This document shows positions 1 to 8,907 of a DNA stretch of 64,000 nucleotides, one piece after another. The position numbers and the translations under genes are program-made. This DNA is from Bryobacterales bacterium. Its GTDB lineage: Bacteria > Acidobacteriota > Terriglobia > Bryobacterales > UBA6623. Where the stretch lies: assembly GCA_963422375.2 (NCBI GenBank), contig CAXXKD010000001.1, forward strand, positions 64,001-128,000, in the 5' to 3' direction. Below the pieces are notes generated by a model. It did no database searches. It had not been told where the DNA came from and was given only the letters and a program-made list of their open reading frames with translations. Every line of letters begins with the position of its first letter. The stretch's first letter is position 1.

Positions 1-1
1 G

Positions 2-2326
2 GTGCGGGACCCGTATCCCGGCAACATCGTCCCGGCCTCGAAGTTCGATTCGGTCTCTCAGAATGTGATTCCGTGGTACCCTGCGCCGAACAAGACTCCG
101 GCGAACCAGTACACCTTCGCCCAGAACTATCAGGACGCCGCCAAGAACTGGGTCAACTGGTCGCAGTGGAACACCAAGGTCGACCATCGCTTCGGCGACA
201 CGAACTCGCTGTTCTTCCGCTACACCTCGGCGCGGCACCAGCCGTCGCGAAACGACGTGCTGATGGACCCTAATGTAGGCCGGAACCGCAACGACGACCA
301 GACCAACCGGAACGCTGTCCTGTCCGACACACACACGTTCTCTCCGACGCTGATCAACAACTTCCGGGCAGGCGTGAGCCGGCAGCTGTTCAGGTTCGAG
401 ACCGTTGGCGCGTTCATGGACTACGCACAGAAGATAGGGCTGCCCGACATGATCCCGGGCGACCAGGTTCCGGAATTCCGCGTGAGCAACTACCCCATCA
501 TCGGAGGCGGCGCGCTCGGCAAGCGGAGTTCTCTGAACTGGGACGTCCAGAACGTAGTCACCAAGATCAGCGGCAACCACACGATGAAGTTCGGATTGAA
601 TGCACGCGACCTGTACGGGGGCAATAGGCAGGGCGGCGCGCTGTCGGGATTCTTCCGCTTTGCAGGCCTTACGCAGAATCCTCAGAACCGGAAGGGCACC
701 GGGCATGACTTGGCGTCGTTCCTGACAGGGGATGTCCAGTGGGCCGGCATCGACCGAATTCTCGGTAACTCCTGGCACGGATTCAACTGGAGCTGGTTCG
801 TCCAGGACGACTGGAGGGTCACGCCGCGCCTCACGCTTAACATGGGCCTGCGCTGGGACTTCCAGCAGAAGCCTTACGAGCGCTACAACGGCCAGATCAA
901 CTTCGACCCCGGCTGCACGGAACCGACATCCGGCCTGAAGGGCTGCACGGTATTCGCCGGCCTCGACGGGCAGCCTCGGACATTCATGGACGAGGACTAC
1001 AACGACTTCGGCCCGAGGCTCGGGTTCGCATACGACCTGACCGGGCAGGGAAGGACGGTCTTCCGCGGCGGCTACGGCATTTACTACGCCTCGATCTTCT
1101 TCCGTAACTTCACGGGCGACATCAACCTGTTCTCGCGAACCCGCACGACCTATCGCACGTCTAGGCCGGATGAGGCCGCCTTCCAGCTCAAGGACGGCTT
1201 CCCCCACCCGTACGCGGAGACGCCGGGCAGCTCGGCCGGCTCGGGTGCCCGCCTCGGCCAGAGCGTCTCGTTGCGCGAGTCCGACGCGACTACGCCGATC
1301 ACGCAGCAGTGGAACGCGTCCCTCCAGCATCAGACGGGCAACTGGTTTTTCGATCTCGCCTACGCAGGCAACAAGGGAAATCATTTCTCGGCTAACGGCT
1401 ACAACCTGAACCAGATTCACCCGGCGTGGCGGGCCCAGCTGCGCCAGACCTTGAACGACCGCGTTCCGAACCCGAACAAGGGCTTGGTCCCCGGCGGCCT
1501 TGGCGGCGCGAAGATCACCTACGAGCAGTACCTCAAGGCCTTCCCGCACTTTACATCGGTGTCCGTCCGCAATCCGCGCATGGGCAACTACATCTCGCAC
1601 CAGCTGCAGTTCAACATCAAGAGGCCGCTCACGGACGGACTGCTGCTCCACCTCGCCTTTACCGGGGGCAAGAAGATCAGCGACTCGACGCAGGTGCCGG
1701 TGAACTTCGGCCCCGTCGAGCAAGTCAACGAGAACGGCTACCAGGACGGGCTCTTCAACCGCCACGTCCAGCGCTCGATCGACCCGACCGACGTGGCGAA
1801 GAGGGCTGTCATCAGCGTGCTGTACGAGCTGCCGTTCGGGCGCGGCTCCGCAGGCGGCATCAACAAGCTCATCGGCGGCTGGCAGATCAACACGATCGGC
1901 GTCATGCAGGACGGCCTGCCCCTGATCGTGCGAGGGGCCGACAACTTCCAGGCGAACCGGCCCAATTCGACCGGAACGAGCGCCAAGCTGGACAACCCCA
2001 CCGCCGCACGCTGGTTCGATACAGACCAGTTCGTCAATCCGCCGGATTTCACCTTCGGCAACGTCGGCCGGGCGCTGCCCGACGTGCGCGCGCCAGGCAC
2101 GGTCAATTTCGACCTGTCGCTGATGAAGGACACCTTCATCGGAGAGAGGGTGAACATCCAGTTCCGCGCCGAGGCGTTCAACTTCCTGAACAGCGTGAAC
2201 CTGCGCTCGCCGAACGCGCAGTTCCGGGCCGGCCCCGACGGGTTGAACTCGTCCGCGACGTTCGCCACGATCACCGCCGCGCGCGACGCTCGAGTCATCC
2301 AGTTCGGACTGAAGGTGATCTTCTAG
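2..2326 (+). CDS. TonB-dependent receptor (Acidobacteria/Oar-type), 5'-truncated by the window edge
   Basis: 774-aa open frame with beta-barrel motifs WFVQDDWRVTPRLTLNMGLRWD, DFGPRLGFAYD, FRAEAFNFLN and C-terminal IQFGLKVIF ending in Phe. Confidence 0.93.
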   Translation: MRDPYPGNIVPASKFDSVSQNVIPWYPAPNKTPANQYTFAQNYQDAAKNWVNWSQWNTKVDHRFGDTNSLFFRYTSARHQPSRNDVLMDPNVGRNRNDDQTNRNAVLSDTHTFSPTLINNFRAGVSRQLFRFETVGAFMDYAQKIGLPDMIPGDQVPEFRVSNYPIIGGGALGKRSSLNWDVQNVVTKISGNHTMKFGLNARDLYGGNRQGGALSGFFRFAGLTQNPQNRKGTGHDLASFLTGDVQWAGIDRILGNSWHGFNWSWFVQDDWRVTPRLTLNMGLRWDFQQKPYERYNGQINFDPGCTEPTSGLKGCTVFAGLDGQPRTFMDEDYNDFGPRLGFAYDLTGQGRTVFRGGYGIYYASIFFRNFTGDINLFSRTRTTYRTSRPDEAAFQLKDGFPHPYAETPGSSAGSGARLGQSVSLRESDATTPITQQWNASLQHQTGNWFFDLAYAGNKGNHFSANGYNLNQIHPAWRAQLRQTLNDRVPNPNKGLVPGGLGGAKITYEQYLKAFPHFTSVSVRNPRMGNYISHQLQFNIKRPLTDGLLLHLAFTGGKKISDSTQVPVNFGPVEQVNENGYQDGLFNRHVQRSIDPTDVAKRAVISVLYELPFGRGSAGGINKLIGGWQINTIGVMQDGLPLIVRGADNFQANRPNSTGTSAKLDNPTAARWFDTDQFVNPPDFTFGNVGRALPDVRAPGTVNFDLSLMKDTFIGERVNIQFRAEAFNFLNSVNLRSPNAQFRAGPDGLNSSATFATITAARDARVIQFGLKVIF

Positions 2327-2383
2327 GCGGGAGCGGCGACTTTGCGCGACAGGCCGGGCGGTTAGCCCGGGAGGAGAGGCAGC

Positions 2384-4342
2384 ATGGCACACAGCATGGC
2401 GAAATACCGGAAGCTCGGAGGGGCGGCACCGGCGGCCCTCCTCGCCCTGGCCCTCGCGGGCGCGCTGGCCGCCGCTCCGCGATCCGAGCCCCGGATCGCC
2501 CCCGAGGCGGAGGCGCGAGCCGAGCGTGCGCACCGGTCCCTGGAGCAGGCCCCGCCCTCCGCGGCAGAGGTGGCCGAGGCGATCACGTCGCAGGCCGCGC
2601 GGCTGCGGCCCGCAGCGGCGTCTGACGCGCCGGTGCTGCGGCGCAACTTCATCGACGAGGCGCTGTTCTCGAGAATGGAGCGGGACGGCGTGCCGCACGC
2701 GGGCTTGGCGAGCGACGGCGAGTTCCAGCGGCGGGTCTACATCGACCTGATCGGACGCATCCCGACCCTCGAGGAAGTGCTCGCCTTCGATGCGGACGGG
2801 TCCGAGGGCAAGCGCGACCGCCTGATCGACCGCCTGATCGACAGCGAGGAGTTCGTCGAGCGCTGGTCGTACTTTTTCGAGGACCTGTTCCGGGCCGGCA
2901 ACCGCATGGGTCACGGCAAGAACCTGTTTCGCTTCTGGACTCGCGAGTGGCTCGAGCTGGACCGCTCCTACGCGGACGTCGTCGCCGACCTGCTGACGCA
3001 GGGCGGCAAGAGCAGCCACTCGTCGCCGGGTGCGCTCTACTTCGCTCGCGACTTCGTCAAGGCGAAGGACGATCCCGATACTCCGGACGCGCACGACTTG
3101 GTGAACCGCGCCGATGCGATAGACGAGTTCACCATCACCTACGGCAAGGTCTTCCTAGGCCTCAACCTAGGATGCATCTCTTGCCACGACGGCGCCAACC
3201 ACCTGGAGCAGGTCAATCTCTACCTGACAAGCAAGACGCGCGAGGACTTCTTCCGGCAGGCGGCTTTCTTCGGCAGGACGCGCATGATCATGAACTGGGA
3301 GAACGGCTTCCAGGCGAACACCGAGTACACGGTGGACGACGTCGAGCCGGGCTATCCCACCCTGAGCGAGAGCATCGTGCGCGTGCCGCGCACGGGCGGC
3401 TCCAACGATCCCAAGTTCATCCTGGACGACCGCCCGCCCGATCCCGGGGAGCAACCGCGAGACGCGCTGGCGCGCCTGCTGACGGGCCACCTTCAGTTCG
3501 CTCGGGCCACGGCAAACCGCATCTGGGCGGAGCTGATGGGCGTCGGCATCGTCGAGCCCGTCGACGGGTTCGACCTAACCCGGTACTATCCCAGCGACGA
3601 CCTGCCCGACGGATGGAGCGCGCAGCCCAGCCACCCCTACCTGCTCGACGAGCTCGCCCGCGACTTCCAGGACAGCGGGTTTAGTATCAAGCAGTTGGTG
3701 CGCCGGATCGCGTCCTCGAGCGCCTACCAGCTTTCCTCCCAGTTCGCGCACGAATGGCAGCCGGCCTACGGGCGCTACTTCGCCCGGCGCAACGTGAAGC
3801 TGCTCGGCCCCGTGCAGCTGCACGACGCCCTCGTCACCGCGACCGCGGTCCCTGGTGCCTATTCCAGCGGCGGGGACGAGGTCGGCATGGCCCGCCAGGT
3901 ACTGGATCCGGCGTACGTCAAGGGCGAAGTCAGCGAGTTCCTGCGGGCGTTCGGCCAGCAGAGCCGGGACGAATTCCCGTCCCGCGTGGGTGGATCCTCC
4001 TTCCAGGCGATGCTCATGATGAATTCGAGCGCCGTGCTGGACCGCGTGCAGTCGGACGGCACGGGCCGCGTCGCGAAGCTGCTGGAGGCGCTGCAGTCGG
4101 ACCGCGTGGTCGCCTCGGCGGCTTGGAAGTCCGCGACAGGCGATGCGCCCGGTCCCGAGCAGGTCGATGCGGCCGTCCGGCGGGGCATCGTGGAGAAGCT
4201 CTATCTCTCCACTCTCTCCCGCAGGCCAGTGCCCGGCGAGATGGACGTGGCGCTGGGGGCGCTAGAATCCGATGTCGAGCAGGGCGCGGAAAACCTGCAG
4301 TGGGCACTGCTCAACAAGCCCGAATTCCTGTTCAACTACTGA
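2384..4342 (+). CDS. DUF1549/DUF1553 domain protein, exported
   Basis: Signal-like N-terminus; motifs NFIDEA, EFQRRVYIDLIGRIPT, GCISCHD, NRIWAELMGVGIVEPVD, WALLNKPEFLFNY. Confidence 0.9.
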   Translation: MAHSMAKYRKLGGAAPAALLALALAGALAAAPRSEPRIAPEAEARAERAHRSLEQAPPSAAEVAEAITSQAARLRPAAASDAPVLRRNFIDEALFSRMERDGVPHAGLASDGEFQRRVYIDLIGRIPTLEEVLAFDADGSEGKRDRLIDRLIDSEEFVERWSYFFEDLFRAGNRMGHGKNLFRFWTREWLELDRSYADVVADLLTQGGKSSHSSPGALYFARDFVKAKDDPDTPDAHDLVNRADAIDEFTITYGKVFLGLNLGCISCHDGANHLEQVNLYLTSKTREDFFRQAAFFGRTRMIMNWENGFQANTEYTVDDVEPGYPTLSESIVRVPRTGGSNDPKFILDDRPPDPGEQPRDALARLLTGHLQFARATANRIWAELMGVGIVEPVDGFDLTRYYPSDDLPDGWSAQPSHPYLLDELARDFQDSGFSIKQLVRRIASSSAYQLSSQFAHEWQPAYGRYFARRNVKLLGPVQLHDALVTATAVPGAYSSGGDEVGMARQVLDPAYVKGEVSEFLRAFGQQSRDEFPSRVGGSSFQAMLMMNSSAVLDRVQSDGTGRVAKLLEALQSDRVVASAAWKSATGDAPGPEQVDAAVRRGIVEKLYLSTLSRRPVPGEMDVALGALESDVEQGAENLQWALLNKPEFLFNY

Positions 4343-4364
4343 CCGGAGCGAGAGGGGACCATCC

Positions 4365-5750
4365 ATGCGCACCGTTCGAGACTTGGCGCCGACTCGGCGC
4401 GACACCCTGAGGCTGGGAGCCGGGAGCCTGCTCGGCGGCCTCGTCGGCGAGGGGCTCTGGCCTGCCCGCGCCCGCGCCGCCGGCCGGTCTAATCCCCGCG
4501 GCACGGCGCGCTTCGCGATCATCGTGGAAGCGGCCGGCGCGATCAGTCACGTCGACACCTTCGATTTCAAGGAAGACGCCGGGACGCAGCCGGACTTCGA
4601 CGTCCGCGAGGCCCGGCCCGGCCTGTACGTCCCGCACCGCCTGTTCCCCAGCCTCTCGGGGCTGATGGACAGGATCGCCATCGTCCGCACATTCAAGAGC
4701 CACGAGGTAGTCCACTTTCGGGGCGAGTATTACACGCGGGCCGGCCGCCCGCTCAACCCCGCCCAGAAGGAGGAGATCCCGCCGGTCGGGACGGTGGTGG
4801 CCGCCGAGCTCGACTCGCAGAGGCGCGAGAGCGACACGTTCCCGACCTTCGTCACCTGCAACCTAGGAAATCTAGCGCTTCCGAGCGGCTTCTACCACCC
4901 CCGATTCTCCGGCCTTGATATCGATGTCGGGGCCGGTATCGGCAGCGTGGCAGCATCTGGCGACGCGCTCGCGCTGCTAGAGGAGCGGTACCGCCTGTTG
5001 GGGGATCTCGAGCGGGCGGTACGTCGCGATTTCGCCTCCCGAGGGCCGGCGATGAGCGCGTTCCGTTCGTTCCAGGAGGAGGCCTACCACGTGCTGGGCG
5101 ACTCGCGCTGGCCCCAGGCCTTGGCCATGTCCGACGCCGACAGCCAGCGCTACGGCGAGAACGATGTCGGGCGCGGCTGCCTTCTGGCGCGCAACCTCGT
5201 CATGGCGGACGCGGGCACGCGCTACGTCCACGTGAAGCACGGAGGCTGGGACCATCACAAGCGCATCTACGACCACCAGGCGGGCTCGAATCACTACAAG
5301 CACTGCAACGCCCTTGACCGGGCGCTCTTCAGCCTGATCGTGGATCTCGAGGCAGCCGTCTCCCCGCGCGACCCGGCGAAGACCCTGCTGGACGAGACGA
5401 TTATCGCCGTGCCCACCGAATTCGGGCGGGTGCCGGGCGCACTGAACGGCGTCTCGGGACGGCATCACTACAACGAGGTCTACATCGGCCTCTTCGCCGG
5501 CGGCGGCGTAAAGGGCGGCCGGATCATCGGCCGGACCGACGCGGCCGGCGAGCATGCCGTCGAGACGGGCTGGAAGCACCGCATCCAGCCCAAGACCGAG
5601 AACATAGTGGCCTCGGTGTACTCCGCGCTGGGGATCGACTGGACCAAGGAAGTCACCAACACGCCCTCCAAGCGCGTCTACCGACTGGTGGATCCGCTGG
5701 GTGCCACGGAACTCTGCGTCGCCGACGAGATCGAGGAACTATTCGTCTGA
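4365..5750 (+). CDS. DUF1501 domain protein (Tat-exported)
   Basis: ATG at 4365 after AGAGGGG; twin-Arg TRRDTL; motifs GAISHVDTFD, GGWDHH, TEFGRVP, AGGGVKGGRIIG; follows the DUF1549/1553 gene. Confidence 0.9.
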   Translation: MRTVRDLAPTRRDTLRLGAGSLLGGLVGEGLWPARARAAGRSNPRGTARFAIIVEAAGAISHVDTFDFKEDAGTQPDFDVREARPGLYVPHRLFPSLSGLMDRIAIVRTFKSHEVVHFRGEYYTRAGRPLNPAQKEEIPPVGTVVAAELDSQRRESDTFPTFVTCNLGNLALPSGFYHPRFSGLDIDVGAGIGSVAASGDALALLEERYRLLGDLERAVRRDFASRGPAMSAFRSFQEEAYHVLGDSRWPQALAMSDADSQRYGENDVGRGCLLARNLVMADAGTRYVHVKHGGWDHHKRIYDHQAGSNHYKHCNALDRALFSLIVDLEAAVSPRDPAKTLLDETIIAVPTEFGRVPGALNGVSGRHHYNEVYIGLFAGGGVKGGRIIGRTDAAGEHAVETGWKHRIQPKTENIVASVYSALGIDWTKEVTNTPSKRVYRLVDPLGATELCVADEIEELFV

Positions 5751-6559
5751 TGCGGCCGCGACCGCTTGCGGCGGCCCTGCTGGCCGCTGGGGTGGCCCTC
5801 GGCCTGCCTCGCCTCGCCGCCGAGAGCGAGACGTCCCCGCATGGAGGGGTTCCGGAAGGGATGGTCTCGATTCAGGCCGGCGACTTCGTCATGGGGCGCA
5901 CGTTCGCCACTCCCGACGACGAAACGGGCATGCGTCCCTTGGTGCTCCGCGACGACATTCCAGCCCACGCGGTGCGGCTGGACGAATTCTGGATGGACAA
6001 GACCGAGGTCACGCATGCCGCCTACGCCGAGTTCATCGCGGCGCAAGGGCACCGGGCGCCGTACCACTGGAAGGGCGGCGTCATGCCCGAGAATCTGGCC
6101 GGGCATCCGATCTACAACGTGGACTGGGCCGACGCCCGGGCCTACTGCGCATGGAGGGGCAGGCGGCTGCCGACCGAGGCCGAGTGGGAGCGCGCGGCGC
6201 GCGGGGGCCTCGATGGCATGCCCTATCCGTGGGGCGACGACAAGCCGACACCCTCGAAGGCGCGGTACTCGACCCAGCACGGGCCGGCGCCGGTCGCGCA
6301 GCACGAGCCGAACGGATTCGGGCTGCACGACATGGCGGGCGGCGTCACGGAGTGGTGCCACGACTGGTTCGAGCGGACCTATTACGCGAAGAGCCCTGAG
6401 GAGAACCCGCGAGGGCCGTCTGACGGGATGTACCGCATCGTCCGCGGGGGTGCTTGGTCGGACGGGCCGAACCGGATCACGGTCTTCTTTCGCAACTGGG
6501 TGAGGCCCAGCCAGCGCACTCCCAACCTCGGATTCCGCTGCGTGCAGTCCCCGCGTTGA
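5750..6559 (+). CDS. FGE-sulfatase (SUMF1/EgtB/PvdO) family protein
   Basis: RLPTEAEWERAARGG, YPWGD, PNGFGLHDMAGGVTEW, RGGAW...LGFRC; start overlaps the upstream stop. Confidence 0.9.
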   Translation: MRPRPLAAALLAAGVALGLPRLAAESETSPHGGVPEGMVSIQAGDFVMGRTFATPDDETGMRPLVLRDDIPAHAVRLDEFWMDKTEVTHAAYAEFIAAQGHRAPYHWKGGVMPENLAGHPIYNVDWADARAYCAWRGRRLPTEAEWERAARGGLDGMPYPWGDDKPTPSKARYSTQHGPAPVAQHEPNGFGLHDMAGGVTEWCHDWFERTYYAKSPEENPRGPSDGMYRIVRGGAWSDGPNRITVFFRNWVRPSQRTPNLGFRCVQSPR

Positions 6560-6604
6560 CTCTCCGGCGAGTACGGCGCTGATCGCGGGAGCCCCCTTGG
6601 GCGC

Positions 6605-7918
6605 GTGCTTGCGAGAGACGTGACAGTGGCTGCAGGCCCGGTGCCGAATGTTCGCTGGTGGGTTTCCGCGCTGCTGTTCGCATCCACCGTGATCAACTAC
6701 ATCGACCGCCAGACCCTCTCGGTTCTGGCGGCCGAGATTAGCGGCGATCTGGGGCTCTCGGATGTCGAGTACGCCCGCATCGTCCAGGCGTTCCTTGTTT
6801 GCTACGCCGCTATGTACCTCGCTTGGGGGCGCATCATCGACCGCTGGGGCACGCGGGCTGCGCTTGCCTTCTCGATGGTCTGGTGGTCTCTCGCGAACGC
6901 AGGCCATGCCTTCTCGCGGGACGCCTTGGGACTGGGCCTCTTCCGGGCCCTGCTCGGACTGGGCGAGTCAGGGAACTTCTTGGCTGCGGAGAAGGCGATC
7001 TCGGAATGGTTCCCCGCACGTGAACGCGGCCTGGCCAACGGCCTGGTCAACGCGGCGGCCTCCACCGGCGCGATCTTGGCCCCGCCGCTGGTCGTGCTCG
7101 TCTTCTCCGTGTGGGGGTGGCGGGTCGCGTTCGTGGTTACTGGGGCGATGGGCTTCATCTGGCTGGTGCCGTGGCTCCGCTGGTACTGGACCCCGGAGCG
7201 CCATCCGCGGCTCACGGACGAGGAGCGCGTCCTGGTGGCCGAGGGTCGGGGCAGCACGGCTCGTGGCAAGCTGCGCTGGCTCGGGCTCTTCGCGTGGCGC
7301 CAGACCTGGGCGCTGCTGCTGGCTCGGTTCCTGTCCGACCCGGTTTGGTGGTTCTACGTCTTCTGGTTCCCGAAGTACCTGAGCGAGGCGCACGGCTTCG
7401 GCATCGTCGCCGTCGGGCTGACCGCTTGGGTGCCGTTCCTAGCCGCCGACATAGGCGCCCTTGCCGGCGGCTGGCTGTCCGGGCGGCTGGTCCGCAGGGG
7501 CGTGGACCCGGTGAGCGCCCGCAAGTGGGTCATGCTGCCGGCCGCCGCGGCGATGCCGCTCAGCCTAGCCGTGCCCGCCAGAGAGTCCTCGGTCGCGGCC
7601 GTGGGGCTCGTCTGCTGCCTCACGCTGGCACACATGGCGTGGAAGTCCAACCTGATGACCTTGACGAACGACATCTACCCGACGGCCGTCGTCGGTTCCG
7701 CGGCGGGAATCGTCGGCCTCGGCAGCTCCCTCGGGGGATTCGTCTTCGCCGGCATCACGGGAGCCGTCGTCGAGCGCCATTCCTACGGCGCCGTTTTCTT
7801 CGCCATGGGGTTCCTGCACCCTGTCGCGCTCTGCGTACTGCAGGCCTTGGGCAAGGGCAGCTTGGCGCGCAGCGCACGGGAACGGGAGGACGACCGATTC
7901 GATGCCATATCCCGCTAG
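6605..7918 (+). CDS. MFS transporter, ACS family (ExuT/hexuronate-like)
   Basis: INYIDRQTLS, EWFPARERGLANG, ARFLSDPVWWFYVFWFPKYL; about 12 hydrophobic segments. Confidence 0.88.
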   Translation: MLARDVTVAAGPVPNVRWWVSALLFASTVINYIDRQTLSVLAAEISGDLGLSDVEYARIVQAFLVCYAAMYLAWGRIIDRWGTRAALAFSMVWWSLANAGHAFSRDALGLGLFRALLGLGESGNFLAAEKAISEWFPARERGLANGLVNAAASTGAILAPPLVVLVFSVWGWRVAFVVTGAMGFIWLVPWLRWYWTPERHPRLTDEERVLVAEGRGSTARGKLRWLGLFAWRQTWALLLARFLSDPVWWFYVFWFPKYLSEAHGFGIVAVGLTAWVPFLAADIGALAGGWLSGRLVRRGVDPVSARKWVMLPAAAAMPLSLAVPARESSVAAVGLVCCLTLAHMAWKSNLMTLTNDIYPTAVVGSAAGIVGLGSSLGGFVFAGITGAVVERHSYGAVFFAMGFLHPVALCVLQALGKGSLARSAREREDDRFDAISR

Positions 7919-8708
7919 CAGGTCCCGGACGGGCCCCTCGCGCCCCGGCGACGGGCAGAGGATGTCCGACTTCGTCTACGGCGAGGTGCTTCGTGCGATC
8001 CTCGACCACGGCTACCGTCCGGGCGAGCGCCTTTCGATTCCCGACATCGCTCGCAGCCTTGATGTGAGCCAGATGCCGGTGCGCCAGGCGATCGACCGCC
8101 TCAGCGAGGAAGGGCTGGTCGATATCCGGCCCCGCAGCGGCACCTTCGTCACGCAGGCGGACGAGCGGGAGGTCGCCGAGACCTTCGATATCCGACGGGC
8201 CTTGGACCGCTTGGCGGCCGAGACTGCCGTGCTGAACGTATGCGCCCAAGACCTCGAGGAGCTCGAAGGGCTGGTACGACACATGGACCGCTGCGCGACA
8301 CGGGGAACCGCGGGCATGGCAAGCCACGACCGCGCCAACTGGGAGTTCCACCTGCTGATCGTGCGGCTGTCCGCCAACGAGAAGCTCTACGAGATGTACC
8401 AGCAGCTGAACGCGCACCTCCAGATTGCCAGCATCCACGTGTCCAGCCGAGACTGGGCCTCGCGCGTGCCGATTGCCCAGGCGGAGCACCGGGCGATGGT
8501 GGAAGCGTTGCGGGAGCGCTCGGCGAGAGACCTCGCGGCGGCTCTCGCCGCGCACGTCGACAGAGCCAAGCTGGCTCTGATCGGCGATATCCGCGCCGTA
8601 CGCGAATCGTCCGCCCCGACCGCGCTCCAGGGCCTTGACAAGCAAGGCGCTTCTCCGATCGCTCCGGAGCAGGCGGTCGCGCCGGTCGGCGTGCGACGGC
8701 GGGGCTAG
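7902..8708 (+). CDS. GntR family transcriptional regulator (FCD domain); alternative start 7962
   Basis: wHTH PGERLSIPDIARSLDVSQMPVRQAIDRLSEEGLV...PRSGTFV; FCD motif EFHLLIVRLSAN...EH. Confidence 0.9.
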   Translation: MPYPASRSRTGPSRPGDGQRMSDFVYGEVLRAILDHGYRPGERLSIPDIARSLDVSQMPVRQAIDRLSEEGLVDIRPRSGTFVTQADEREVAETFDIRRALDRLAAETAVLNVCAQDLEELEGLVRHMDRCATRGTAGMASHDRANWEFHLLIVRLSANEKLYEMYQQLNAHLQIASIHVSSRDWASRVPIAQAEHRAMVEALRERSARDLAAALAAHVDRAKLALIGDIRAVRESSAPTALQGLDKQGASPIAPEQAVAPVGVRRRG

Positions 8709-8907
8709 AATGAGGCTTGGTGCGTAGCCCGGTGTCTACTGACGGCGGGTGTGCGGGGCTGCCAGCTGGCCGGTTGAAATGGCGGCGCTGAACTCCGCAC
8801 GCGACGCCACAGGCGTTCGTCCGTGGGGTCGTGCTTGGATCCCCGCGCCGCGCACCCGCCCAGGCCCCGTGTGCGGCCAGCTGCTTGGACGTCCCACGTC
8901 CCATTCG

